A stretch of 64,000 nucleotides of DNA from Mobula hypostoma (taxonomy: Eukaryota): the NCBI RefSeq assembly GCF_963921235.1, contig NC_086106.1, positions 25,854,001-25,918,000 on the forward strand. Direction: 5' to 3'. Positions 25,055 through 38,670 of this stretch are shown in pieces. The position numbers and the translations under genes were made by a program. A model generated the notes under the pieces. It saw only the letters and a program-made list of their open reading frames with translations. It was not told the origin of the DNA and ran no database searches. Each line of letters starts with the position of its first letter. Positions within the stretch are counted from its first letter, which is position 1.

Positions 25055-26074
25055 CGCTCTCTGACTGTGTCCTACTGACTTTGTTACCCTGTTATCTGCA
25101 TTATCACAACTTATTCAAAAATTTATCAATGTGTAATCATACCCATCCAGGCATTTTCCACATGGTCGTTTCTTCGACATCGACAGCATCCTGCTGGAAG
25201 TAGTTTATTTATTTATTTATTTGTTTGTTTAGTAAGTTATTTGGTGATATATCCCAAAATAGTCCTGTAGGTCAACATTTTTCATATCTTCCGGCATTGA
25301 ACTAGTTATTCAATGTCAGCAGGTGTTCATCTAGTTTGTGTTTGCTGTTGCGGAGCCAATGTGCCATCCACGCCAATAGACTCCTGAAAGCACACTGTGT
25401 GCAGCCAGCAATCTCTTCGTTAAGAAAAATACTCACATCTGCATGCCCCTCGTAATTATTTCAAATCGCATTAAAATATCGTAATAACGCATTCGCCATT
25501 TCCACCCTTATGTCAAAGCGCTGATTGTCCTCTCTGTCTATGCCTCTGGACACATTATACACAGTTATTAAGTTACCCTTCATCTTCCTTCATTACAGAA
25601 AGGAAGGGCCTTGTTCGTAGAAACTGAAATGACCGGTGGAATATACAGGCACTTACCGATGTGTAACTGAAGTTGAGCATTACGATTCCTCTTCCTCTAA
25701 TTCTTGATGCAGAGAGCCAGATCTTTCCCACACGCTTTCATAGAAGAAGGATAAAATAACTGAACATCAAGTGCTTCCATTGCACCTGAGAGACACCCAG
25801 TGACTGTTTGAAAACGATTCGCCAGGCAGCGTAGACAATATAATCAGTAAGGGTCAAGGACGCACATGGGGTCTGCTCTCACGCACGGTCTTAAGCAGAT
25901 AACAAGAAGCTGATACCACAGATTTTCCAGAATTATGTTAGATACGCTACACCCTTCACTTCGTGGAAAAGCTTCGTAATTTGCTCTTCTAACTGCGAGT
26001 TGAACCTTGGAAGTCAGAGCTGAGATTATTTCACCACCGTCGTGAATGGAACTAATACACTCTCTGTTTAATTA

Positions 26075-26815
26075 TCAGTCACTCACTTTCATTCAGGTGC
26101 CATGCCGATCGGCGTGGGCGATCATGTGTCTCCATCCATCACGGTCCCTGACCCTCCGAATTGTAATTGTTGCCTGCCCTGTTTCTAACCATGATGTTAC
26201 TCCATCTATCATTTTCCTTCTCTGTCTCGCTCTGTTACTTTTCCCTTCCAGTTTTCCAGTTGTAATTAAATGTTCTAATGTCTCTCTTCGGATCATGTAT
26301 CCAAAGAATATTGATTGCTGTTTTCTGAGTTTTTAAGTCATGTACGTTTTCTTTTCGTTCGCTGTAGTACTTCTTCGTCGGTTATTCTGCCCGTATACGA
26401 TATGCATATCATTCTTCTGAGGAACCACATCTCTGCTACATTGATTCTATTTCCCGTTGCACTTGAGATTGTCCATGACTCGCAACCATACATCAAGATA
26501 GGAAGAACTTAGCAGCTAAGTGCTCTAAGGCGGATGTCAATTGCTGCTTTCTTGTTCGTTAGGATGTTTCTGATTTCTGTAAATGCTGCTCTTGCCATTG
26601 CTATTCTTGCTTTTATGTCTGTTTCGCATTTGCCATCAGATGTTACCCATGATCGAAGGTACTTGAAGTCGTGAACATGTTTCAGGATTTTATTTCCCAA
26701 TACGATCCTAAAGTTTGGGATATCAGTTTTATTTGCTATTACCATTACTTCGGCTTTCTTTTTGTTTAAGGTTAGTCCAAGTCTTTCGCTGTCTGTGTTG
26801 AAGGTAAATCATTCA
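26075..26815 (-). mobile_element. RTE-clade LINE 3' fragment
   Basis: FKYLRSWVTSDGKCETDIKARIAMARAAF and LEHLITTGKLEGKSNRARQRRKMID, typical of the RTE/BovB-like C-terminus. Confidence 0.8.
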
Positions 26816-27554
26816 CTCTAACTACATTCTATTTGTCAATCTCACTTTTCCCTTTTTCGTTCTTTAATAAACACTTTAATAACCACTTCATTTCTTGCAA
26901 TTAATTCCTTCTGTCCCTATCTTGTTACTGTCTTATATTTCCGACGCTATGTCACTCAATGGCTCCCAGTCTGCCTCTGTATTCCAATTTTACTGAATCA
27001 TCAATGCAACTTTAAACTTGCTGTGGGAACTGCCTTTCATCCAACGTCAGTCCATTCGGTGTTAATTTGCAATTCGTAAAATAGACATCAATTTATCTGT
27101 ACTATTAGGACGCTAATGTCAATAGACACCACCTGCAATTTATCTTCATCGGAAGCATTTAGTGTGAAAGCATGTCGAATGCCATCTAGTTATATACAAC
27201 CTCAGTATCTCTTGGTTGTACTCATCTTCACTGTTAATATCTCGAGGTAGTGAAAAATGAAGTCCAGCAAAAAATTAAACACAAGATATTCTTAGAGGCA
27301 ACAGAGCGACATGGACACCACCATATAGTAGAAATGCTTCGGAAAGCCACCACAATAGCCCTGGGTAAATCTAAATTCAAGCAGTGTTCCACAGGTTTAG
27401 TCACATTTTGTTGCTGAATGCGGCATTTCAAATCCACCACGTGATCCTCATGCTTTCTGCGTACAGCTGTTCCAGTTCCGCAGCAAAAGGCGCCCTCTAG
27501 TGATCACGCAATGCTGGAGTTTGTCCAGACCCGCTATTTCCCTACAACACTGAG

Positions 27555-27970
27555 TGGTCCTTTGTACAGAAGTACTGGATACGCTTGAGTCTGGGACAAG
27601 AATTCCACAGATACTTGAATGAGCTGACTCTGCGTCTGTGCATTACAACTGTAAACCTCGCCCGATATTCTGAGGCCGCTGCAGTTTTCCTCAGCCATAG
27701 AGATTCAGCAGGTTTTAGGACAATCTCCGCGATGCTGAGTGTATCAAATAGTCTTAGTTCGTGTGCAACTGCATTTCAGTGTTATTATCTGACTTCCGTC
27801 AGCCGATAATTTAGGAGCATGCTGATGACAGATTTGAACTTTGAAATAAAGGACAGAATGCAGTGACTTCCCTGACTTGCACTGAACTACACTCTCGCTG
27901 GTCATGTGTGCAGCATCTTAGCTGTCAGGATGGAGAATGAAACCTATAAGAAACTGAGGAACACATATTC
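27555..27970 (-). pseudogene. V pseudogene, family B
   Basis: Ends YFCTKD, followed by RSS CTCAGTG-23-ACAAACTCC (27516-27554) with the critical CAC broken. Frameshifts and dead splice sites. CTCF motif TCACTAGAGGGCGCC at 27489-27503. Confidence 0.85.
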
Positions 27971-28782
27971 ACTCGCTTCAGCCCCGATAGGATCGCAAAT
28001 CACTCAGAAGAATATATCAACAGGACAGATAATGAAAAGTAAAGTGTATGAGAAGTAGATTGAATGGTGCAGTGCTCAACGATTGCAAGATAAAACCAGA
28101 ACATAGGCTATATGAGAGCTAGTCAGAATCCAGTTACGTTGAAACCCCCATTTTGCCTTTTCACACACTATAAATCTCTCTCTCTCTCCCTCCCTCTCTC
28201 TCACTCTCACTCTCTCTTTCTCTCTCTCTCTCTCTCGCTGTCCCTCTCTCTCTTCCTCTCTTTCCTTCACTTTCCGTCCCCCTCTCCCCACTCTACCTCT
28301 CGCCATTTATCTCTCTTTATCTCCGTCTCTCTTTCTAACTCTCTTGTTCTATCCCTGCCTACTTATCTCTCTCCCTCTCACTCCGGACATTGAGTTCCCT
28401 TTCTCTGTTTATCTACATGTTTCAACGCTCTAACATCTCACTCTCGCTGTCTTTGGCATTCTGCCCCTACTCTATACTTTTTCACACATTGTCACTCCAT
28501 GCTAACCAGTGTATCCGTGACGAATCCGAGGAGTCATCTGCAAAGTTATGACTTTCCACTGTTGCTGTTATGTAACTTATTATTAGCATTTTAAGTTATT
28601 GACGGAATATTTTTTAATCTTCCAGGACCCCGTTGGCTATTTCTTGTCAATAGCACATCAAATATCTATTCCCATGGACGAGCTGGGATTAGATGTTTAA
28701 CGGACATGGAAAGCTCCGGCGAGAGCAGACAAACATTGCGAACACTGAGGTGTCCAGATCATGTATCGCCGTGGAATGTTGG

Positions 28783-29185
28783 TGCTGAACTGCGCAAAGC
28801 TATTCAGTGGATTCCGGCACGATTCCCCCGAACTTATTTAAGCGGAACATCTTTGCCCAGACACCCTTAATATTACTGGACTATCTTCGCGTAGAACAAA
28901 ATCTCCTATCAGGAATATTTCCATCGTTTTTCCGGAATATTGAACGCACGACAAATAGGTTATGCCAGATTCCATGAGACTGCAGCACAGAGACACCGTT
29001 TCCCCTTCCATGGTCATTAAATCTCTCTTTCTGAGGTTCACAAAATCTGCCTCACTCGTCCCTGTATCAAACCCCGAAGGTGGGAGGGGCGCCTGAACGC
29101 AGTGACCTTGCAGGGAACGCTCTGACAGCTTCGCCAGATTCACCAAGCAGAGTAGTAAGTACAAAGAACATCGCAGTGGGAACAT
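28783..29185 (-). pseudogene. Degenerate V pseudogene, family C
   Basis: Leader-like MFPLRCSLYLLLCLV, then EGETVSLCCS..YLSCVQY and ...PESTE*LCAVQH, aligning to DSxxYLCAM. Dead RSS. Confidence 0.6.
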
Positions 29186-29435
29186 GGTAATTTGAATAAA
29201 ATAAACAGATGAAGATTTGAAGACGTTACTCCGATAAAACAGAAGTTACTCAAGTAAGTTCAAGAGACTTTCCGGGAGACACGGCGTTTCGTTTCGAAGT
29301 ATATTCGTCTCCCCTCTCTCTTCCTATGTTCCTATGGGAGAGTTTACTGCCGATTGCTGTCAGGGATATTGGAATTAAAAAAATGTTTGACTGTAACATC
29401 GAAACAGCGACTGCTGTCTCCTATCACGCTTTCGA

Positions 29436-31945
29436 ACATAGAAACATATAAACATAGAAAATAGGTGCAGGAGTAGGTCATTCGGCCCTTCGAGCTTGCA
29501 CTGCCATTTATTATGATCATGGCTGATCATCCAACTCAGAACCCCGCCCCAGCCTTCCCTCCATACCCCCGGACCCCCGTAGCCACAAGGGCCATATCTA
29601 ACTCCCTCTTAAATATAGCCAATGAACTGGCCTCAACTGTTTCCTGTGGCAGAGAATTCCACAGATTCACCACTCTCTGTATGAAGACGTTTTTCTTAAT
29701 CTCGGTCCTAAAAGGCTTCCCCTCTATCCTCAAACGGTGGCCCCTCGTTCTGGACTTCCCCAACATCGGGAAGGATCTTCCTGCATCTAGCCTGTCCAAT
29801 CCCTTTAGGATCTTATACGTTTCAATCAGATCCCCCCTCAATCTTCTAAATTCCAACGATTACAAGCCCAGTTCATCCAGTCTTTCTTCATATGAAAGTC
29901 CTGCCATCCCAGGAATCAATCTGGTGAATCTTCTTTGTACTCCCTCTATGGCAAAGATGTCTTTCCTCAGATTAGGGGACCAAAACTGCACACAATACTC
30001 CAGGTGTGGTCTCACCAAGGCCTTGTACAACTGCAGTAGTACCTCCCTGCTCCTGTACTCGAATCCTCTCGCTATAAATGCCAGCATACCATTCGCCTTT
30101 TTCACCGCCTGCTGTACCTGCATGCCCACTTTCAATGACTGGTGTATAATGACAGCCAGGTCTCGTTGCACCTCCCCTTTTCCTAATCGGCCACCATTCA
30201 GATAATAATCTGTTTTCCTATTTTTGCCACCAAAGTGGATAACTTCACATTTATCCACATTAAATTGCATCTGCCATGAATTTTCCCACTCACCCAACCT
30301 ATCCAAGTCACCCTGCATCCTCTTAGCATCCTCCTCACTGCTAACACTGCCACCCAGCTTCGTGTCATCCGCAAACTTGGAGATGCTGCATTTAATTCCC
30401 TCATCCAAGTCATTAATATATTTTGTAAACAACTGGGGTCCCAGCACTGAGCCTTGCGGTACCCCACTAGTCACCGCCTGCCATTCTGAAAAGGTCCCGT
30501 TTATTCTCACTCTTTGCTTCCTGTCTGCTAACCAATTCTCCACCCACACCAATACCTTACCCCCAATACCGTGTGCTTTAAGTTTGCACACTAATCTCCT
30601 GTGTGGGACCTTGTCAAAAGCCTTCTGAAAATCCAAATATACCACATCCACTGGTTCTCCCCTATCCACTCTACTAGTTACATCCTCAAAAAATTCTATG
30701 AGATTCGTCAGACATGATTTTCCTTTCTCAAATCCATGCTGACTTTGTCCGATCATTTCACCGTTTTCCAAATGAGCTGTTATCACATCCTTGATAACTG
30801 ACTCCAGCAGTTTCCCCACCACCGACGTTAGGCAAACCGGTCTATAATTCCCCGGTTTCTCTCTCCCTCCTTTTTTAAAAAGTGGGGTTACATTAGCCAC
30901 CCTCCAATCCTCAGGAACTAGCCCAGAATCTAACGAGTTTTGAAAAGTGATCACTAATGCATCCACTATTTCTTGGGCTACTTCCTTAAGCACTCTAGGA
31001 TGCAGACCATCTGGCCCTGGGGATTTATCTGCCTTCAATCCCTTCAATTTACCTAACACCACTTCCCTACTAACATGTATTTCGCTCAGTTCCTCCATCT
31101 CACTGGACCCTCTGTCCTTTACTATTTCTGGAGATTATTTATGTCCTCCTTAGTGAAGATAGAACCAAAGTAATTATTCAATTGGTCTGCCATGTCCTTG
31201 CTCCCCATAATCAATTCACCTGTTTCTGTCTGCAGGGAACCTACATTTGTCTTTACCAGTCTTTTCCTTTTTACATATCTATAAAAGCTTTTACAGTCAG
31301 TTTTTATGTTCCCTGGCAGTTTTCTCTCATAATCTTTTTTCCCCTTCCTAATTAAGCCCTTTGTCCTCCTCTGCTGAACTCTGAATTTCTCCCAGTCCGC
31401 AGGTGAGCCACTTTCTTTACCTAATTTGTATGCTTCTTCCTTGGAATTGATACTATCCCTAATTTCTCTTGTCAGCCACGGGTGCACTACCTTCCTTGAT
31501 TTATTCTTTTGCCAAACTGGGATGAACAATTGTTGTAGTTCATCCATGCAACCTTTAAATGCTTGCCATTGCATATCCACCGTCAATCCTTTAAGTGTCA
31601 TTTGCCAGTCTATCTTAGCTAATTCACTTCTCATACCTTCAAAGTATATTCTCATACCCTCTTTAAGTTCAGAACCTTTGTTTCTGAATTAACTATGTCA
31701 CTCTCCACCTTAATGAAGAATTCCACCATATTATGGTCACTCTTACCCAAGGGGCCTCTCACGACAAGATCGGTAATTAACCCTTCCTCATTCCTCAAAA
31801 CCCAGTCCAGAATAGCCTGCTCTCTAGTTAGTTCCTCGACATGTTGGTTCAAAAAACCATCCCGCATACATTCCAAGAAATCCTCTTCCTCAGCACCTTT
31901 ACCAATTTGGTTCACCCGGTCTACATGTAGATTGAAGTCACCCAT
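29436..31945 (-). mobile_element. 5'-truncated young CR1 LINE (2.5 kb)
   Basis: (CATAGAAA) tail at 29436. An empty site is visible at about 44560 in the paralogous cassette. Confidence 0.93.
29860..31098 (-). CDS. CR1 ORF2 reverse transcriptase fragment (412 aa open)
   Basis: KSPGPDG, YLDFQKAFDKVPH, GVPQGSVLGP and FADDTK motifs. Confidence 0.85.
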   Translation of the reverse strand: MEELSEIHVSREVVLGKLKGLKADKSPGPDGLHPRVLKEVAQEIVDALVITFQNSLDSGLVPEDWRVANVTPLFKKGGREKPGNYRPVCLTSVVGKLLESVIKDVITAHLENGEMIGQSQHGFEKGKSCLTNLIEFFEDVTSRVDRGEPVDVVYLDFQKAFDKVPHRRLVCKLKAHGIGGKVLVWVENWLADRKQRVRINGTFSEWQAVTSGVPQGSVLGPQLFTKYINDLDEGIKCSISKFADDTKLGGSVSSEEDAKRMQGDLDRLGEWENSWQMQFNVDKCEVIHFGGKNRKTDYYLNGGRLGKGEVQRDLAVIIHQSLKVGMQVQQAVKKANGMLAFIARGFEYRSREVLLQLYKALVRPHLEYCVQFWSPNLRKDIFAIEGVQRRFTRLIPGMAGLSYEERLDELGL

Positions 31946-34054
31946 TCATATCAACAAACCATATCAGACTCTCCTTTGTTAGTGTGAGAGACAGAACGCC
32001 CGTGGGACAAAGAAATGATGCAGTAAACAGCTGTTTCTTTCCTGTACTGTAGGCCAAGCCTCTTCTTGTACGTTTGCGGTGACTTCGAGGGTGGTTGGTG
32101 GTGGAAAAGCTGATGCTTTATATTGCAATAAGTGAGAGAAGTAGAAGCTGGTTAGGTTAATGCTGCTGGCCGCAGATTTTGCGAGCGACGTGACAGTGGG
32201 CGTTCAGGTTCTTACCTTTTTTTCTGATATTGTTGCTTTGGGTTTTTGTTCTGTATTAAGGATATTTGTAGAGACTATATATTCAGGTTATGTATTGTGT
32301 CCATTCTCTGACTTTAAACGTAACCGTTTAAGCAAGCTGGGCATTCTTTTCGCAGTACTCTGTTATATCTGACAACAGCAAAATATATAATAAACGTAAA
32401 CCAGTTTGGGGTATCTGTAAGCGTCTGTAAAGTGAAGGAATACATCAGTTTGTCTTTCATTAGTTCATAAAATATCGGTTGAGCGGGGAGACGGAGGTAG
32501 TTGTGCACTGCAGAGCGCCTATCGTTGAACCCTGGCGATATCTGGCGTTATTTCACCATGGATCCGGTTGGATTCCGACAATTTCGATGCTGTCAACAAA
32601 TACTTCTGTGCTCAGTATCCGCTTTTTGTGCGTTAGCAAGTACTATTCTGCCCGCAAAAGACCTCCTGGGTAACAAGTGCCCGTGATCGGAGGATCACTG
32701 AGTGTGGACGTTAAGAGGAATGTGCGACAATTGGACCGATAAATCAGTTTACCATAAGACCATAAGAATCGAGGAACTGAATTTGGCCACTTGACCTATC
32801 GAGTCTGCTCCAACATTTCAGATGAGACAGTGTGGTAATGGAATTCTTCGACATAGTAAACATTTAATTAATATAAGAGGTTCAAAAAATCGAAATATAC
32901 CTTTGGAAACAGAAGCTATCACTGTGTGCTCCCGCGGTAGTAATGTGGCGTTCCCTCTCTGTGTCTCTTCGATCGTGAGGTTATTCAAAGTTCTAAAAGT
33001 AGCAATAGATTATTTCCTTTGCAAGAGTATTGAACGCTAGGATAAAATTGAATCTCAATCCCATCCACCTCGGTATGTCCTTGCTCTTTAATTCCTGCCT
33101 GCGCTGCATTTTATACGGTTATACAATTTATTTTCACGTTATTTTATTGTTTAACTTTGTACTACCTCCACAAGGGGTGTATTGAATTCATCTGTAAAAA
33201 CCGAATCGAAGCAATCATGTGACAATAATAAACAATTTTCTATCCAATTTAGATATGTAGCGAACATCACTTGGCGATAAAATTAGATTAGTTAAATCTG
33301 GTTGGGAAACTACATTATTCAAGCAATCACCCTTTTGTAATCCCATTCCCTCTCTCCTCCCTCGCTCTCTTTCAGACTGCAAATGCCTTCAAAAAATATG
33401 AATCTCGGGGTAGTATGCGATCACGTATATGTAGTTTAATCATAAATTCACTTTAAGTATTGAACCTCTTTCTCACAGCAACGACCAAAATAGTGTCTGC
33501 ATTCTCTATCACGCTAAGCATCCGCAGGTTGTGTCGCATCATCTAAATTCTCAAAATACACAGTAAGTAGTTTTTCCCAACATCCTGACTTTCTTAACGT
33601 GCCACTTGCAATTCTTCATCAATCGGAAAACCACAAATTTTCTCACCATCTGGTGTCCTTTAGTCAGCCATTGTGCCATTTAAATATTTCCCGGATCCAC
33701 TCCGTTCTCATTATTTCTCACTGCAGACACTCAATCAAAGTGCCATAAGACAATGTCAGGCAAGGGTCTCAATGGTGATATGCCTTTGCAGCAACAGAGC
33801 GTGGCTGAATGCACATTCCGATATCCCGGAAAGTTGTGTAGTTCCAATTTGGGTCCGCGTTGTAAATAGCAACAGTTCTTTTAGAGTCGGCGTCTTGCGC
33901 TGCTGATTACAGCGCTCTTAGGTAGGATACGTGACCATGGCTGATGGATGCGCCCCTTCGAGTTTCGTCGCAAAATGACGCCCTCCAGAGAAAGCTTTTA
34001 GCATTATAGAGGACCAGTTTTTGTTTGCATCCGCCGTCGCCGTACAACAGTGTG

Positions 34055-34486
34055 GTGCTCATGGCACAGACGTACATGCCAGAGTCTGACACAAGACTTC
34101 ACTGATATTCTATTGAGCCGTCTTGCTGGCTTTCTGCAAACTAGCGGTAAACCTCACTGGGCAATCTTGATGCCGCTCCATTCCTCCTGTGCTATGTAAC
34201 TTCAGCAAATTATTTGGACGTTTTACGCTATGTTTAACGTACCAAAAGATATTTGCACTAGCGTAAGTGTAATTGCAGTAAAGTGTTATGTTCTGCCCTT
34301 CCAGCGCCATTAAGTCCGGAGGGCCCTGCGTCACCGAATCTTTTCCGCTCGCTCCTGCAATAAAAGGACAGAATACATCAACTTCGCTTGCTTGTATTGA
34401 CCGTCGGGGAAATTCGTTGGCCTGCTTCGCAGAGACTCACCATGCAGCACAGCCAATCCAATCAGCATTAAACAGATGGAAATCAT
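34055..34486 (-). pseudogene. V pseudogene, family A (leader 34441-34486, V exon 34055-34354)
   Basis: Intact leader and splice sites. FR3 has a TTG-to-TAG stop followed by a 1-bp deletion. RSS CACACTG-23-ACAAAAACT (34016-34054) is intact. CTCF-like motif at 33977-33991. Confidence 0.88.
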
Positions 34487-35725
34487 GGTGTCTAATTTCT
34501 GGCTGAATCGAACGGCAGGTTCCTTCCAGGACGTAATTATCGCTTAATAGATATTGTGGTGTGAGATCGTTTTATCAATACCTTTCAACTATTGTAAGCG
34601 CAAGGACGTTTCCCTGGTTAAAGGATGAACAGAGCCTTTCTGAGCGCCAATCAGAATTTGCTTTGTTTCGATTCGACATTCTGCCTGTTTCTTCGCTCTT
34701 TCAACGTCCCGCGTTCTCCCCCTCCCCCACTCTCTCTCTCTCTTTCTCGCTCTCTCTGTCGTCTCTCTCTCTCTTTCCCAGTGTGCTCTACTACCACTGC
34801 ATATTCACTACAGATACTTATCAATGTGTAATCCATCACAGGCCCTTCACGTTGTCGCTTCTTCAACATCAACAAGTAGTTGATGTATTTATGTATTTGC
34901 TTTATTACTTCGCTGTATGAAGACCCTTAAGCAGGCCTTTAAGACAATATGTTTCAGTCTTCCGGCATTGAACTAGTTTTTCAATGTCTGCAAGTTATTT
35001 TTTTCCCTAAGCTTTCTATGCTCTAAGGGAGGCATCTGCTAAACACGCCAATAGACTCCTGACAGCGCACTCTGTGCAGCCAACATATTCTTCGTTGAAA
35101 AACTCACATCTGGCATTCGTCTTGAGATGTCTTCCAATCGGCTTAAAACATCGTCCTCTTGCGTCCTCTTTGAAGCAACGAGATCAAATTGTCTTTGAAG
35201 TCTCCAGCCTCATCTACGGGAAACTCGGGTTCCAATTCGGTACTCTCACTTCCACTGCCCTCCTCTCTGTAGGCATGGGCCAGCTTCCCCCGGGACAACA
35301 ATAACAGTAGGCTGATCAACCACTGTCACATCTTCCCCAGCCTGGACGAAACGAAATCTTAGCCCGCTGCTTGGTTAAACTATCGACGTCGCTGAAGATT
35401 GATCCACCTGTTTTAGCAACGAAGGACAAAACCTTTCAGCATCCTGGGAGGGTGCTTAATCCGGGAAATTTTGAGGTGCTATGAGAAATTCACCAGACAC
35501 AATTACTATGAGAATCAGACGTAGGCCCCTGATCAGGATCAGCTGGGTTCCTATAAAATCGGGTTTACTACCAATTCTAGCCTGTCTGTTTGTAATTACC
35601 TCCGCCGAACTCTTTCTTACTCGCTTCCTTTGTTTCTCTTTTTTTTTCATTCGCCGCCCTTCCGTTACTTCCCTTGACTTCCTGTTTCTTTCATACTGCG
35701 CCGTCCTCTTTGCAACAGCTTTCGT

Positions 35726-35854
35726 NNNNNNNNNNNNNNNNNNNNNNNNNNNNNNNNNNNNNNNNNNNNNNNNNNNNNNNNNNNNNNNNNNNNNNNNNNN
35801 NNNNNNNNNNNNNNNNNNNNNNNNNNNNNNNNNNNNNNNNNNNNNNNNNNNNNN
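35726..35854. other. Assembly gap (129 N)
   Basis: Run of N in pyrimidine-rich sequence. Confidence 0.99.
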
Positions 35855-37859
35855 TCTGTTTTTCTTTTGCCCCTCTCAATTTAACTTTTCTGGTTCTTTA
35901 CCGTCCTACCTATTTCTTTTTCCGTGTACATCACTCGCTTCCTCTACTCCATCACTCCCAAGTTCTTAGGAACTGGACGGTTGCTCAAGTGGAAAAGTGA
36001 CATTCACCATGAGCGGGATAACTACCCTGTGTGAATTACTGATACTAATAAATTTCAATATTTCGTTGCACATCGTTGCACTGTAGCAGAGCAGGGAACA
36101 TAATACAGATCATGATATATGCTATTATGTGGGCATTTCTTTTAGGTAATGCACTTCTAATCGACTGCATTTTGCATGAGCGAGTTTGAGTCCCACACTT
36201 GCTGACTGAGGTAATTTCAAATAAGATTGGACGGTACGGTGTGATTTTATTAAGACTCAAATGAATGAAAGTTTGAATCACAAAATCAAACGATTCGTGA
36301 AATGTACAAATAACAACGTATTACTGAAACAGTTACTGGACATAACTAGAAATACTTAGTCTGCCTGGAAACGACTTTAGAGATTAACGGTTCAGACCTT
36401 TCAGGAGACTGTCAACTAATTTGGGCAGGGTCACCAAAGTGATTGTTTCATGCATAACACAACGTTAAAATAATAGTGGTAAAATATCAAGTTAGAAGTT
36501 TGAAAACAGATGCTTTCATTTTGTTTTCCTTACTTCGACAGTAAACTGAACTTTATGTGTGTTCTCTCTTCCAGTCGTGCGGGTAATACATTATGTACAG
36601 GGATAGTTTCTGTTCTGCGTACATCAGAGTATGGGCTGCAGGATGAGATAGTCTGTTAACCCCCAATGCACTTGTTCTGGCCTTACTCTTAGCTGCCATT
36701 CATTATTTGGTTATTTAGGCTGTTACTTTCTTCTGCATTTCAAAAGTCTTATACTATCTTTACTATCTCATCACACAGTGCAATGAATTGATCTGTATGA
36801 TCAGAACCAATTCAACATTTCACAGTGTGTTGGCACATTTCGCTATTTTATAAATGCAACTCTAACTTCGATAATTAACAAGTCATTGGAAGGACGCCGT
36901 TGTCATTGACATATCTATTCAGTATACATTAAACAATCTTGTTTTGTCCTACCTTGTCACTTCTATTCCTTCCTCACAGATTGTGAACACATCTATCACA
37001 ATTGTATCCGTTATATGTATCATACTATAGATCCATCGGTCGTGTGACTTATGTAAATAATCGATAAAATTAAAAGTATTTGTCACAACATCCTATCTTT
37101 CAGTGGCATACCACTTGTTATGCATAGTCAATCCGAGGAACACCGATTTTTCCCCACTCTCTGATTTTCGTTTTTGAATCAATGTCAATAGATTCCACAT
37201 GAACTTTCGCCTTGACCTGTAGCATTTGATGTTGCACCGCATTCAATGTTTTCTATCTCCAAGTTCGACGATAACCTCACTGTTGTTTCCTCAAGGATCC
37301 CTAACAAACTGGCAAAAAAACAACGTTGAATATGGTTGACAACCGTGATATGGCATCCCATGCAAAAGAGGATATTTAGATACCGTAGATATACAAGAAA
37401 TGCAATGTAATGCTTTCATTTGAGTTAAATGCAAGAATAGTACTCAGGTTTGACAGCTTTTCCGACCACGCGACGCCCCTTTAAGTCGACCACGTAACCT
37501 TACTAATATCTGTGTCCGCCCCTTGCATTTAAATGGCAAAGGCAAAACAGGCCCTCCGCTGACATTTGTTGAATTACCCAGAACTGTTTTATTTTTGTTT
37601 TTGTCGGTACCCGAGGTTTCCCTGCAAGACCGTGGTTCCTCATAACACAGAGGAACATGGTGCAGTTCCAACAAAGAGCTCCGAGATATTCTTGGCGTTA
37701 ACACCAACCGGACATTATGGAGAGCGCTCGAAATTTTCCTGAAATTATTTGAGAGATTCCCCGTAATGCTGATTGTACTAAAAGTAGTTACGCCAGAGCT
37801 AGTGTTGTGTTCTCTCTTTCTCAAACTTTAATTGAAGGGAACCCTACATCACTATTTTT

Positions 37860-38290
37860 TTCACTCAATAAAAGATAGAATGTTGGAAGATGCCTGGCTT
37901 GCACTAATCTAACTAGAAATCAGTTGGACGCCACTTTGCGACACTCGCTGGGCAAAATGCCAGTGCAAACTATAAGGGACAAAGGAATGGCCCATGGCGT
38001 CGGGCTTCTGACTCTGTCGAAAGGCAGTCTAGTTTCCAAGTAGTTACTTTTAATTGACAGATACTTGAAATCGCTTGTATAAGTAAAATTCAGTGTTATG
38101 GTCAGTCCTTATTCGAGCGTTAATTCAGGAGGGTCCTGTTTGACTAAATCTTCCCTCTCGCTTCTGCAAGAAAGAACACGTGTATGAGCATTCCTGGTTT
38201 GCAGTACAACCACGAGGCACTGATTGTCCATCACAGAGACTCACCGTACAGAACAGATAATGTAATTAGTGAGGAACGGAGGGGACGCAT
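37860..38290 (-). pseudogene. Degenerate V pseudogene (leader 38245-38290, 81-bp intron, FR1 recognisable; 3' boundary uncertain)
   Basis: MRPLRSSLITLSVLY-G with GTGAGT donor and TTGCAG acceptor at 38164-38168, then DLVKQDPPELTLE*GLTITLNF. Cys23 is lost and no RSS is recognisable. Confidence 0.65.
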
Positions 38291-38670
38291 AGTGTCGGCA
38301 CAGGCGATAGATCAGAAGCGAAACTGTAGGGTGAGAATGGATCAGCGACATCGTTCTCCGTGGGTAAGACTTGGGGCGTTCTCCGGCTAAAGTATTAGAT
38401 GATAAAGCGGAATCGGGCTTATTTAGGCAGAAATCGGCATCTATTTTAGTTCTCTTCTTCTATGCTATTTTTACCGCTCCATCAATCATTGAAGTCATCA
38501 GGGAATCTGATAACTATCGTTGCCCTAGGGTCTCCCTACACCCTACATGCCTAACTTTCTACAAGTGTTTATTTTTGTCGTTCCCTCTCTACCGTTAGTG
38601 ATCTTCCTCTCGTGCTCCCTGCTCCGTTGCAGTCGCTGTAGCATTGAGTTATTGAGGCTCCAAGACAAAT

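Noticed and set aside
18190-35854. Sequence continuity across the two N gaps
   Set aside because: The gap contents are unknown, so adjacency claims across 18190-18333 and 35726-35854 are not supported.
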